Positions 9,204 to 16,518 of a stretch of 32,000 nucleotides of DNA are shown one piece after another. Positions within the stretch are counted from its first letter, which is position 1, and every line of letters starts with the position of its first letter. Origin of the DNA: Pseudoalteromonas tetraodonis (GTDB lineage: Bacteria > Pseudomonadota > Gammaproteobacteria > Enterobacterales > Alteromonadaceae); assembly GCF_002310835.1 (NCBI RefSeq), contig NZ_CP011041.1:870001-902000 (forward strand), read 5' to 3'. The position numbers and the translations under genes were made by a program. A model generated the notes under the pieces. It had not been told where the DNA came from and searched no databases. It saw nothing but the letters and a program-made list of their open reading frames with translations.

Positions 9204-9398
9204 ATGCAAATTTCAGCTAATAGCCAAGTACAAATGCAAGCATATAATAAAACGCAACAATTAAAGCCTGCAATGGAACAAACTGCTAGCCCTAAAACCC
9301 TACAATCTGATACAGTTAGTATATCTCAAGAGGCAATGAGTGCTGCTGGTGCAGAACTTCGTCGTGGCGGCGGTATTGTACCTATCAAACCTAAATAA
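9204..9398 (+). CDS. small hydrophilic protein of unknown function (64 aa)
   Basis: An AAGGA SD (9191-9195) lies 8 nt before the ATG. It is the first cistron of a 4-gene same-strand block, 16 nt from the next gene. The segment QSDTVSISQEA loosely resembles the central D-x-V-x-L-S motif of FlgM-type proteins. There is no signal peptide or TM segment. Confidence 0.55.
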   Translation: MQISANSQVQMQAYNKTQQLKPAMEQTASPKTLQSDTVSISQEAMSAAGAELRRGGGIVPIKPK

Positions 9399-9414
9399 TT
9401 AATTAAGGTTTTAA

Positions 9415-9948
9415 ATGTTTTTAACTGAGTTTTTTGGTTTTTTCTCGCTTTCAGCGTTTACAATGTGGGGCTTTTTAATGGCATTTTTTTTTAATGTCTT
9501 TGTCTATACTTTAAACGTAAAAAGAAATACAACTTTATTACTCAGTTCATTTATTATGATGGTTTCTTATACTCTTTCAGACTATTTTTTTACTTGGCTA
9601 TCAATTAAAACTGCGGTTTTATTAGATTGGGCTATCTATGATATTTTTACCATTCTTTGCTTGCTAATAGCTATGGCTATGTTAAGAAAAACGACACCCT
9701 CTTTTTTGTATTTAATTGTGGGTCTTGCAATAAATTCACTTTTCTTTTCCCTCATGTACTTAGATTTGAATGTATATCAAAATAAAGAACCTTGGCTTTT
9801 TTGGGATATCTACACCTTCAGTGTAAACATTATTGATCTGATTATGATTGTCGCTTTAATAGTAGACCGTGATTTCCTTGGCTTACACACCCTTAAAAGT
9901 AAACTCATTTCATTATTCAAAACGACTGAGCTTAACAAAATCCAATAA
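9415..9948 (+). CDS. 5-TM membrane protein, paralog 1 of 3, unknown family
   Basis: 177 aa with about five hydrophobic helices. It shares the motifs WGFLMA, SY in helix 2, (E/D)PWxFW and IIDLIMIVALIVDRDFLGL with the next two ORFs. Its stop TAA abuts the next ATG. Confidence 0.75.
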   Translation: MFLTEFFGFFSLSAFTMWGFLMAFFFNVFVYTLNVKRNTTLLLSSFIMMVSYTLSDYFFTWLSIKTAVLLDWAIYDIFTILCLLIAMAMLRKTTPSFLYLIVGLAINSLFFSLMYLDLNVYQNKEPWLFWDIYTFSVNIIDLIMIVALIVDRDFLGLHTLKSKLISLFKTTELNKIQ

Positions 9949-10458
9949 ATGTATTATGTAGACTTATTTTTAGCAGATTATATCGATGCATTTATACAGT
10001 GGGGCTTTTTAATGGCCATGTTGTACGCTTTGGTATCGAGTATAAATACGCTAAATAAATCTTTGGTCTATTTAGCCACAATCATGTTCTTTTCTTACCT
10101 TATTGGTGATTTCCTTTTAGTTTTCAAAAACGTTTACCTTAACTGGATTTTTTTTGATTTCGCTACAGTTTGTATTATTTTTATAATAACAAAAGCTTCA
10201 AGCTTTGAAAGCGATGTGGCTAAAAACTATATTGTTAGTGGCTTATTGATTAATGCTTGTTTAACGTATGCTATTTACATAGATCTTTATATAAACTGGA
10301 ACTCAGATCCTTGGTGGTTGTGGAGCCTGTACTCTATGGGGGTTAATGTTGTTGATTTACTAATGATTATTACTATTTTTATCAATAAAGACTTTTTAGG
10401 GCTAATGAAACTTAAAGGTCGTTTATTTAGATCACGCGCTGAGTTTAAAAGCCCATAA
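9949..10458 (+). CDS. 5-TM membrane protein, paralog 2 of 3, unknown family
   Basis: 169 aa, collinear with paralogs 1 and 3 (WGFLMAMLY, DPWWLWSLY, VVDLLMIITIFINKDFLGL). Its ATG directly follows the upstream TAA. Its own TAA overlaps the next ATG by 1 nt. Confidence 0.75.
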   Translation: MYYVDLFLADYIDAFIQWGFLMAMLYALVSSINTLNKSLVYLATIMFFSYLIGDFLLVFKNVYLNWIFFDFATVCIIFIITKASSFESDVAKNYIVSGLLINACLTYAIYIDLYINWNSDPWWLWSLYSMGVNVVDLLMIITIFINKDFLGLMKLKGRLFRSRAEFKSP

Positions 10459-10979
10459 TGACAGATTTATTATGGCTACTTGTTAAAGTTGGCGAGAATT
10501 TAGGTAATTTTATTTTGTGGCTATTTTTAATCGCTTTTCTATATAATCTTTCTTCGAGCATTAATAAACAAGATAAAAGCTTGCTGCATATTTCATTGAT
10601 AATGATGATTTCTTATTTTCTAAGTGCATTTTTAAGCCTCGAAACTTCAACTTATAAAGATTATTTCATATTTGATCTCACAACTATTTTTACACTTTTT
10701 TTGTGGCGAAAAATCACGTTGCAAAATACACCTATTGCTTTTTATTACTTAATTCTGGGGTTGGGTGTTAATACCTGTTTATTTTTGGGGATGCATTATG
10801 ATGTTCAAGTTAAAGGAAACATTGATTATTGGTGGTTTTGGGCTGCATATGGGTTTGGCGTTATTCTATTTGATCTTATAATGGCATTGGCACTATTTAT
10901 CAATAAAGATTTTTTGGGCTTAGTGAGGCTTAAGAACGTTCTGTTTCCATCAAGAGCGAAGCTACCTAGCGTAATGTAA
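10458..10979 (+). CDS. 5-TM membrane protein, paralog 3 of 3, unknown family
   Basis: 173 aa, with WLFLIAFLY, DYWWFWAAY and LFDLIMALALFINKDFLGL. Its C-terminal tail LFPSRAKLPS parallels LFRSRAEFKS of paralog 2. Confidence 0.75.
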   Translation: MTDLLWLLVKVGENLGNFILWLFLIAFLYNLSSSINKQDKSLLHISLIMMISYFLSAFLSLETSTYKDYFIFDLTTIFTLFLWRKITLQNTPIAFYYLILGLGVNTCLFLGMHYDVQVKGNIDYWWFWAAYGFGVILFDLIMALALFINKDFLGLVRLKNVLFPSRAKLPSVM

Positions 10980-10992
10980 CGATACGCTAGGT
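10964..10992. terminator. hairpin spanning the stop codon, between the convergent membrane-protein operon and coaD
   Basis: Perfect 10-bp inverted repeat ACCTAGCGTA (10964-10973) / TACGCTAGGT (10983-10992) with a 9-nt loop that contains the TAA stop. The flanking T/A runs are only weak. Confidence 0.5.
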
Positions 10993-10999
10993 GTTGTGT

Positions 11000-11614
<615 letters not shown>

Positions 11615-11669
11615 CTAGGCGGATTATTTTAATGCAGCATCGTATTTTCGAAAATTGAGTAATGAGTAT

Positions 11670-12323
11670 ATGAATACCAAGGATAAAATAATTCAAACCA
11701 GTATTTCATTGTTTAACGAACATGGTGAAAGAGCAATATCTACTAATCATATCGCATCGAGTTTAGGTATGAGTCCGGGTAATCTGTACTACCACTTTAA
11801 AAATAAAGAAGACATTATTCGCCATATATTTGCACTTTATCGTGACCATTTAAGTACTCATTTTAAGCCGGTCGATCAAGGCGACGATGCTTTTGAACAC
11901 CTAGGTCCTTATTTAGATTCGCTATTTGAATTGATGTGGCGCTATCATTTTTTTTACGACAACCTTGGCGATATTCTCGCTCGCGATAGTCATTTAAAAC
12001 AGGGTTACATTGATTTTCAGCAAGAGTTACTTGAGCAGGTGCGTAACATCATTTTGGCCTTACGCGACAGCGAAATTATTGCTATTGATGAACAAGATGC
12101 TATCGAACTTGCTCATACGTTAAAATTAACGGTCAGCTTTTGGACACCCTATATGAAAGCAAGAAGGCTTAGTGGTGTGCTGGTTGAGCAAGATATTTAC
12201 CCTGGTATTGTAAAAGTACTGACTTTATTTAAAGCCTACAGCACCGAAAAAAGCGCAAATAAAATTAATCAGTTAAGAGACAAGTACGCACTTTTAGCAA
12301 ATGCTGCTCCCCAGAATCCTTAA
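11670..12323 (+). CDS. TetR/AcrR family transcriptional regulator
   Basis: The N-terminal HTH (ISTNHIASSLGMSPGNLYYHFKNKEDI) is typical of the TetR family. The ORF track starts at TTG 11655; the ATG at 11670 is more likely. Confidence 0.85.
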   Translation: MNTKDKIIQTSISLFNEHGERAISTNHIASSLGMSPGNLYYHFKNKEDIIRHIFALYRDHLSTHFKPVDQGDDAFEHLGPYLDSLFELMWRYHFFYDNLGDILARDSHLKQGYIDFQQELLEQVRNIILALRDSEIIAIDEQDAIELAHTLKLTVSFWTPYMKARRLSGVLVEQDIYPGIVKVLTLFKAYSTEKSANKINQLRDKYALLANAAPQNP

Positions 12324-12341
12324 GCCCGTTAAGTTGGTTAG

Positions 12342-12370
12342 TTCCTAGGCGCTAAATTTTTTGCTATAAT
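12342..12370 (+). promoter_or_regulatory. candidate sigma-70 promoter with extended -10 for thiI
   Basis: TGcTATAAT at 12362-12370 is an extended -10. A weak -35, TTCCTA, lies at 12342-12347 with a 17-nt spacer, about 55 nt upstream of the thiI ATG. Confidence 0.4.
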
Positions 12371-12423
12371 CCGCCGCGCCCAATACCTGGGTGCGCGAAT
12401 TCCCGCAGTCTAAGAGTTAAACT

Positions 12424-13881
12424 ATGCTTAAATTTATCGTCAAACTTCACCCTGAAATAGCCATTAAAAGCCGTTCAGTCCGTAAACGCTTTACTAAAGT
12501 GTTAGAAAATAACATTAAAATTGTATTGCGTCGTGTTGACGAAAAAGTACAGGTACGTAATAACTGGGATAACATTTCAGTTGTAACAAAACTTGACGAT
12601 GCTCAAACTCGCCTTGATTTTATCGACAGCTTACAACGTATACCTGGTATCGTGCAGTTTATTGAAGTGACTGAAACAGACTTTAAAACGATTGATGACA
12701 TTTATCAAAAAACTATTGAGCTAGTTGGTCACACTATTATTGGTAAAACCTTTTGTGTCCGTGCTAAGCGCATAGGTCAACATGATTTTACTTCAACTGA
12801 GCTAGAGCGTTACGTTGGTGGCGGGCTTAATCAACATGTTGAAGGGGCTCGAGTAAAGCTAAGTCGCCCAGAAGTAACGATTCGTTTAGAAATTAAAGAC
12901 GAAAAAGCCTACATAGTAACGCAAACGCATTTAGGAATGGCGGGCTTTCCACTGCCAACACAAGACGATGTATTATCGCTTATGTCTGGTGGGTTTGATT
13001 CTGGCGTTGCCAGTTATCAAATGATCCGTAAAGGTGCTCGCACGCACTTTTTATTCTTTAATTTAGGTGGCGCTGCTCATGAAATTGGGGTTAAACAAGC
13101 GAGTTACTATCTATGGAAACAATACAGCTCTACTCACAAAGTTAAGTTTATTACTGTTGATTTTGAGCCAGTGGTTGCTGAAATCTTAGAAAACGTTGAG
13201 AACAGCCAAATGGGCGTTGTCCTTAAACGTATGATGATGCGAGCGGGTAGTGCCGTTGCTGAAAAACTAAATATTCAAGCATTGGTTACGGGTGAAAGTA
13301 TAGGTCAGGTGTCTAGTCAAACCTTAGCTAACTTAAGTGTGATTGACCGCGTAACCGAAACGCTCATTTTACGCCCACTTATCCAACATGATAAGCAAGA
13401 AATCATCAATATAGCGCGCCAAATAGGCACTGCAGAAATGGCAGAGACGATGCCTGAATACTGCGGTGTGATCTCTAAAAAGCCGACAGTTAAAGCCAAA
13501 ATTGAAGTAATTAAAGCAGAAGAAGAAAAGTTTGACTTTGATGTGTTAGATACCGTTATTGATAACGCCCGTGTTATGGATGTGCGCGATATTGATGTTG
13601 AGGCTAAGCAAGAGCTTAAAGAGGCAGAATCAGTTACAGAGTTACCTGAAGGAGCGGTTGTTGTTGATATTCGCTCGCCTGAAGAAGAAGATGCGGCGCC
13701 GCTGGAAATTGAAGGTATTGAAGTTATCCACTTACCGTTTTTCCGCTTAGCAACAAAGTTTGGCGATTTACCTAAAGGTAAAGATTATTACTTATATTGC
13801 CAAAAAGGAGTAATGAGCCAATTACAAGCGCTTATTCTTCACGAAGAAGGCTTTAACACCGTAAAAGTATATCGTCCTTGA
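12424..13881 (+). CDS. thiI: tRNA 4-thiouridine(8) synthase / sulfur carrier ThiI with C-terminal rhodanese domain
   Basis: 485 aa. The N-terminus MLKFIVKLHPEIAIKSRSVR resembles E. coli ThiI. It has the PP-loop SGGFDSGVA and a C-terminal rhodanese domain with the active-site Cys context YCQKGVMS. Confidence 0.96.
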   Translation: MLKFIVKLHPEIAIKSRSVRKRFTKVLENNIKIVLRRVDEKVQVRNNWDNISVVTKLDDAQTRLDFIDSLQRIPGIVQFIEVTETDFKTIDDIYQKTIELVGHTIIGKTFCVRAKRIGQHDFTSTELERYVGGGLNQHVEGARVKLSRPEVTIRLEIKDEKAYIVTQTHLGMAGFPLPTQDDVLSLMSGGFDSGVASYQMIRKGARTHFLFFNLGGAAHEIGVKQASYYLWKQYSSTHKVKFITVDFEPVVAEILENVENSQMGVVLKRMMMRAGSAVAEKLNIQALVTGESIGQVSSQTLANLSVIDRVTETLILRPLIQHDKQEIINIARQIGTAEMAETMPEYCGVISKKPTVKAKIEVIKAEEEKFDFDVLDTVIDNARVMDVRDIDVEAKQELKEAESVTELPEGAVVVDIRSPEEEDAAPLEIEGIEVIHLPFFRLATKFGDLPKGKDYYLYCQKGVMSQLQALILHEEGFNTVKVYRP

Positions 13882-13895
13882 TGGCTTAAGATATT

Positions 13896-14159
13896 GGGTC
13901 TGTTGACCTTTGCGGATTATAATTTGTTCAAACTAGGGGCGGTTTAATCGCGGCGCGAGGTTTGTAACCTAGTGGGCTAAGTAAAAATCGAGCAACAAAG
14001 AGTAAATCGCCCCTAGGCAGAACCCTTCGGGCAGCGCCTGTTTGGCATTGATGCTGCGTTATCGCCTATTTATGGGGAATAACCACACCACATAGGCTCT
14101 GCCTTACCTAAATACCAAACAGACTGCTGCAAATTTAACCTTGAAAGGTCAACAGACCC
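13896..14159. other. 264-bp inverted-repeat-bounded, highly self-complementary intergenic element (MITE-like element or structured sRNA)
   Basis: Perfect 16-bp terminal inverted repeat: GGGTCTGTTGACCTTT (13896-13911) / AAAGGTCAACAGACCC (14144-14159). Nested helices: 13933-13946 with 14003-14016 (14 bp, one G-U); 14031-14045 with 14115-14130 (5+8 bp); 14064-14069 with 14092-14097. No ORF longer than 15 codons lies on the + strand. Confidence 0.6.
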
Positions 14160-14164
14160 TAAAT

Positions 14165-14191
14165 GCGCGGATTTATTCCGCGCTTTTTTTT
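14165..14191 (+). terminator. + strand rho-independent terminator (ends the thiI transcript and/or an intergenic RNA)
   Basis: GCGCGGA (14165-14171) pairs with TCCGCGC (14177-14183), loop TTTAT, then T8 (14184-14191). The T-run is on the + strand only. The hairpin overlaps the last codons of panE on the opposite strand. Confidence 0.8.
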
Positions 14192-15075
14192 GCCAGAATT
14201 TCAGCAAGTAAAGCGTCGTTATACGGGGTCGCAATATTATGTCGCTTGCCTTGCTCACTAATATAACCACAAATTGCCATGATCTCAGTTTGTCTATTAT
14301 GCATTACATCTTGATGCATCGAAGAGTAATTTTCGGCAGTTAAACTCATTACTTTGTAAGCCCGCTCTAGGGCATCTATAAGCTTAATATTGAGTTTTAG
14401 CGCGGTTGCAATGTGGCATGCCTCAGCTAATAAATTAATAATTGCACTACTGTATTGCGGTGCACGTAACTGACCATTTTTTATATTGTGGTGAGCGGTT
14501 AATGGATTTATTGCAATATTAACCAGTAGCTTTTCAAACCGTAGTTGTTCAATATTGTTACTGACAATTAACTGCGGAATAGTGTGTAATTGCGCACTAA
14601 GCTGTTGAATATTTTGAATAGCTAGTTGATTACAGCCCCCTAATACACTTTGCCCGTTTCCGGTATGTTGCACAATATTAGGGTTTGACTTAAATCCAGC
14701 CATGCTGGTGGTTAAAAAGTACAACGACTGCTGCTTTGTTAGCTGTTCATTTAATTGTTCAACATTACCCATGCCATTATGACTCAGTATAATATGGGTA
14801 TTATTGCCTAGATAAGGTTTTACTTGAGCATAGGCTTGTTGCACTGCAAACGCTTTTACCGTGAATAAAACAATATCAAATTCAGGAGTTTGAGATAACT
14901 GCTCTTGTGAGATAAAAGTGGCGTTAATTTTTTCAGACGCAGCGTTACTGTGGCTGTAAAAGCGAGTATTAACTGTGCCTTTTCGAGTAAGTATATATAT
15001 AGCGTGATGCTTGGCTAAAAAATGGCTAAATAACAAGCCAATAGCGCCATCACCTACAACAAGTATGTTAGCCAT
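14173..15075 (-). CDS. panE: 2-dehydropantoate 2-reductase
   Basis: 300 aa with an N-terminal NAD(P) motif VVGDGAIGLL. LVNIAINPLTA and TAENYSSMHQDVMHNRQTEI match E. coli PanE ([31 protein letters not shown]). The thiI / panE / yajQ neighbourhood is as in E. coli. Confidence 0.85.
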   Translation of the reverse strand: MANILVVGDGAIGLLFSHFLAKHHAIYILTRKGTVNTRFYSHSNAASEKINATFISQEQLSQTPEFDIVLFTVKAFAVQQAYAQVKPYLGNNTHIILSHNGMGNVEQLNEQLTKQQSLYFLTTSMAGFKSNPNIVQHTGNGQSVLGGCNQLAIQNIQQLSAQLHTIPQLIVSNNIEQLRFEKLLVNIAINPLTAHHNIKNGQLRAPQYSSAIINLLAEACHIATALKLNIKLIDALERAYKVMSLTAENYSSMHQDVMHNRQTEIMAICGYISEQGKRHNIATPYNDALLAEILAKKSAE

Positions 15076-15418
15076 AATGCTTCTTTTTACGCAGTGTTAA
15101 CAGGGCTTTAGCTAAAAAGTAGCTCGCTGCACCAATAAAATCGGCAACAAAATCGGCCAGTGATGCTTGTCTGTAAGGAAGGCTATCTTGCATAATTTCT
15201 ATTGCTGCACCGTAACCAGCGAGTAATAGTATTTGTGCATATAATGGGAGTTTAAACGCTTTATCCATAATAATGGCAAGTAAAAAGAAGATACCAAAAT
15301 GCGCTACTTTATCAACATGCGGAAATAAGTTTGCCGCGCCCTTTACCTCTTTAGCAAATAAGAAGGTAAACGCAACAATACTAATTAAAAAAATTGCTTG
15401 GTAAACACGCCTTGTCAC
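15068..15418 (-). CDS. small 4-TM membrane protein, VanZ-like
   Basis: 116 aa with four hydrophobic segments and a DKVAHFGIFFLLA motif (D-K-x-x-H-F, typical of the VanZ-like family). It overlaps the panE start by 8 nt. Confidence 0.55.
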   Translation of the reverse strand: MTRRVYQAIFLISIVAFTFLFAKEVKGAANLFPHVDKVAHFGIFFLLAIIMDKAFKLPLYAQILLLAGYGAAIEIMQDSLPYRQASLADFVADFIGAASYFLAKALLTLRKKKHYG

Positions 15419-15569
15419 GAAAATTCCTAAAATCGTATAAAAAAGAAGCCTCAGTATATCAAACTAATTTAGTATCGCACCTGAACAAAATGCAGAAAAA
15501 TGTAAAGATTTATCATTTTAACGTTATAATTGCGGCATAAAATTAAGATTAGATAGTTAGGAGAACGCT

Positions 15570-16052
15570 ATGCCTTCATTTGATATTGTATCTGAAGTAG
15601 AAATGAACGAAGCAAAAAATGCGGTTGATAACGCCAACCGTGAACTAGAAACGCGATTTGATTTTAGAGGCGTTGATGCATCAATAGAGCTAAACGATAA
15701 AACAATTAAATTAAAAGCTGAAGCAGATGCTCAGGTAATGCAGTTATTTGATATTTTAGCGAGTAAAATCTCTAAACGTGGGATGGATGTTGCAAGCTTA
15801 GAGCTACAAGATATTTCTCGTGCGGGCAAAAATGTTTTTCGTAACGTTGCACTTAAACAGGGTATCGAAAAAGACATGGCTAAAAAAGTAGTAAAAGCCA
15901 TCAAAGACTCTAAAGTAAAAGTACAAGCGGCCATTCAAGGTGAAGAAGTTCGCGTAACAGGTAAAAAGCGTGATGACTTACAAGCGGCTATGCAAGTTGT
16001 ACGCACTGCTGATTTAGGTCAACCATTTCAGTTTAAAAACTTCCGCGATTAA
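15570..16052 (+). CDS. yajQ: YajQ family nucleotide / cyclic-di-GMP-binding protein
   Basis: 160 aa. [34 protein letters not shown] is close to the E. coli YajQ N-terminus. An AGGAG SD precedes it. Confidence 0.95.
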   Translation: MPSFDIVSEVEMNEAKNAVDNANRELETRFDFRGVDASIELNDKTIKLKAEADAQVMQLFDILASKISKRGMDVASLELQDISRAGKNVFRNVALKQGIEKDMAKKVVKAIKDSKVKVQAAIQGEEVRVTGKKRDDLQAAMQVVRTADLGQPFQFKNFRD

Positions 16053-16106
16053 TTTATTGCCTCGAGCTCGGCACTATAGGCGCTTAGCTCAAAGCAACAT
16101 GTATTT

Positions 16107-16142
16107 AGCCAAACACGTTATATTGTTTGGCTTTTTATTTTT
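16107..16142 (+). terminator. rho-independent terminator of yajQ
   Basis: AGCCAAACA (16107-16115) pairs with TGTTTGGCT (16124-16132), with an 8-nt loop, followed by TTTTTATTTTT. Confidence 0.85.
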
Positions 16143-16159
16143 GGATCTATGATAATTAT

Positions 16160-16243
16160 CGAACTCCGAACTCCGAACTCCGAACTCCGAACTCCGAACT
16201 CCGAACTCCGAACTCCGAACCCCGTATCCTGAATCTTGAACCT
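16160..16243. repeat. heptanucleotide tandem repeat (CGAACTC)8 plus four degenerate units
   Basis: Eight perfect CGAACTC units occupy 16160-16215. Decayed units follow: CGAACCC, CGTATCC, TGAATCT, TGAACCT (to 16243). The array is intergenic, 28 bp upstream of the candidate btuB -35. Confidence 0.95.
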
Positions 16244-16270
16244 TTGGATTTGTAGATGTTTAGACGTCCG

Positions 16271-16299
16271 TTGACTTTTTTTAGTAAACAGATAACAAT
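16271..16299 (+). promoter_or_regulatory. candidate sigma-70 promoter for the btuB leader
   Basis: TTGACT (16271-16276), a 17-nt spacer, then AACAAT (16294-16299). This places the TSS a few tens of nt upstream of the riboswitch core. Confidence 0.35.
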
Positions 16300-16334
16300 A
16301 GCAGTCTATTTTCAAGGTGCTTACTAAACACTTC

Positions 16335-16511
16335 AATGGTGTGATTTTTTTAGTAGGATAATCGGGAAGTTGGTGCGTTTTCATTGATGAAGTCAATCCC
16401 AACACTGCCCCCGCAACGGTAAAGTTATGCTGTATTAAATTATGGTAACTGAGTCCGGAGACCGGCCTTGATTTAATCTTACTTACTAACATCTTTGCGG
16501 TGGGCAAAGAT
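16335..16511 (+). promoter_or_regulatory. cobalamin (B12) riboswitch with expression-platform hairpin
   Basis: Conserved elements: AATCGGGAAGTTGGTGCG (16360-16377), CACTGCCCCCGCAACGGTAAAG (16403-16424) and the B12 box AGTCCGGAGACCGGCC (16452-16467). A hairpin ATCTTTGC / GCAAAGAT (16491-16511) abuts the AGGGGA SD of btuB. Confidence 0.9.
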
Positions 16512-16518
16512 AGGGGAC

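Noticed and set aside
9340-9398. The tail of the 64-aa ORF (AELRRGGG/IVPIKPK) as a double-glycine bacteriocin or RiPP leader cleavage site.
   Set aside because: The positions -4, -7 and -12 relative to the GG do not carry the hydrophobic/Glu pattern of double-glycine leaders; Arg occupies -3/-4. No C39-peptidase ABC transporter or modification enzyme is in the window.
9484-10155. T9 (9484-9492) and T8 (10148-10155) runs inside the membrane paralogs as phase-variation switches.
   Set aside because: They encode FFF / FF(F) within Phe-rich helices in an AT-rich genome, so composition explains them. I only note them under the paralog finding.
13903-13923. TTGACC and TATAAT hexamers inside the left arm of the element, which look like a perfect promoter.
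   Set aside because: They are separated by only 9 nt, which is incompatible with sigma-70 spacing. The weaker TTGGGT-18 nt-TATAAT arrangement is the only geometrically plausible promoter, and I mention it only as a hypothesis.
13896-14159. The element as a retron msr/msd, an integron attC site or a known housekeeping RNA.
   Set aside because: No reverse transcriptase or integrase gene is adjacent. The size and ends do not fit attC (no GTTRRRY core). The sequence lacks the conserved blocks of 6S RNA, tmRNA, RNase P RNA and SRP RNA as I remember them.
14070-14270. A 66-aa minus-strand ORF overlapping the intergenic element and the panE 3' end.
   Set aside because: It overlaps panE out of frame and runs through the structured element and the terminator. 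There is no SD.
16160-16243. The tandem array as a CRISPR array.
   Set aside because: The units are 7 bp with no spacers, and no cas genes are present. It is a microsatellite.
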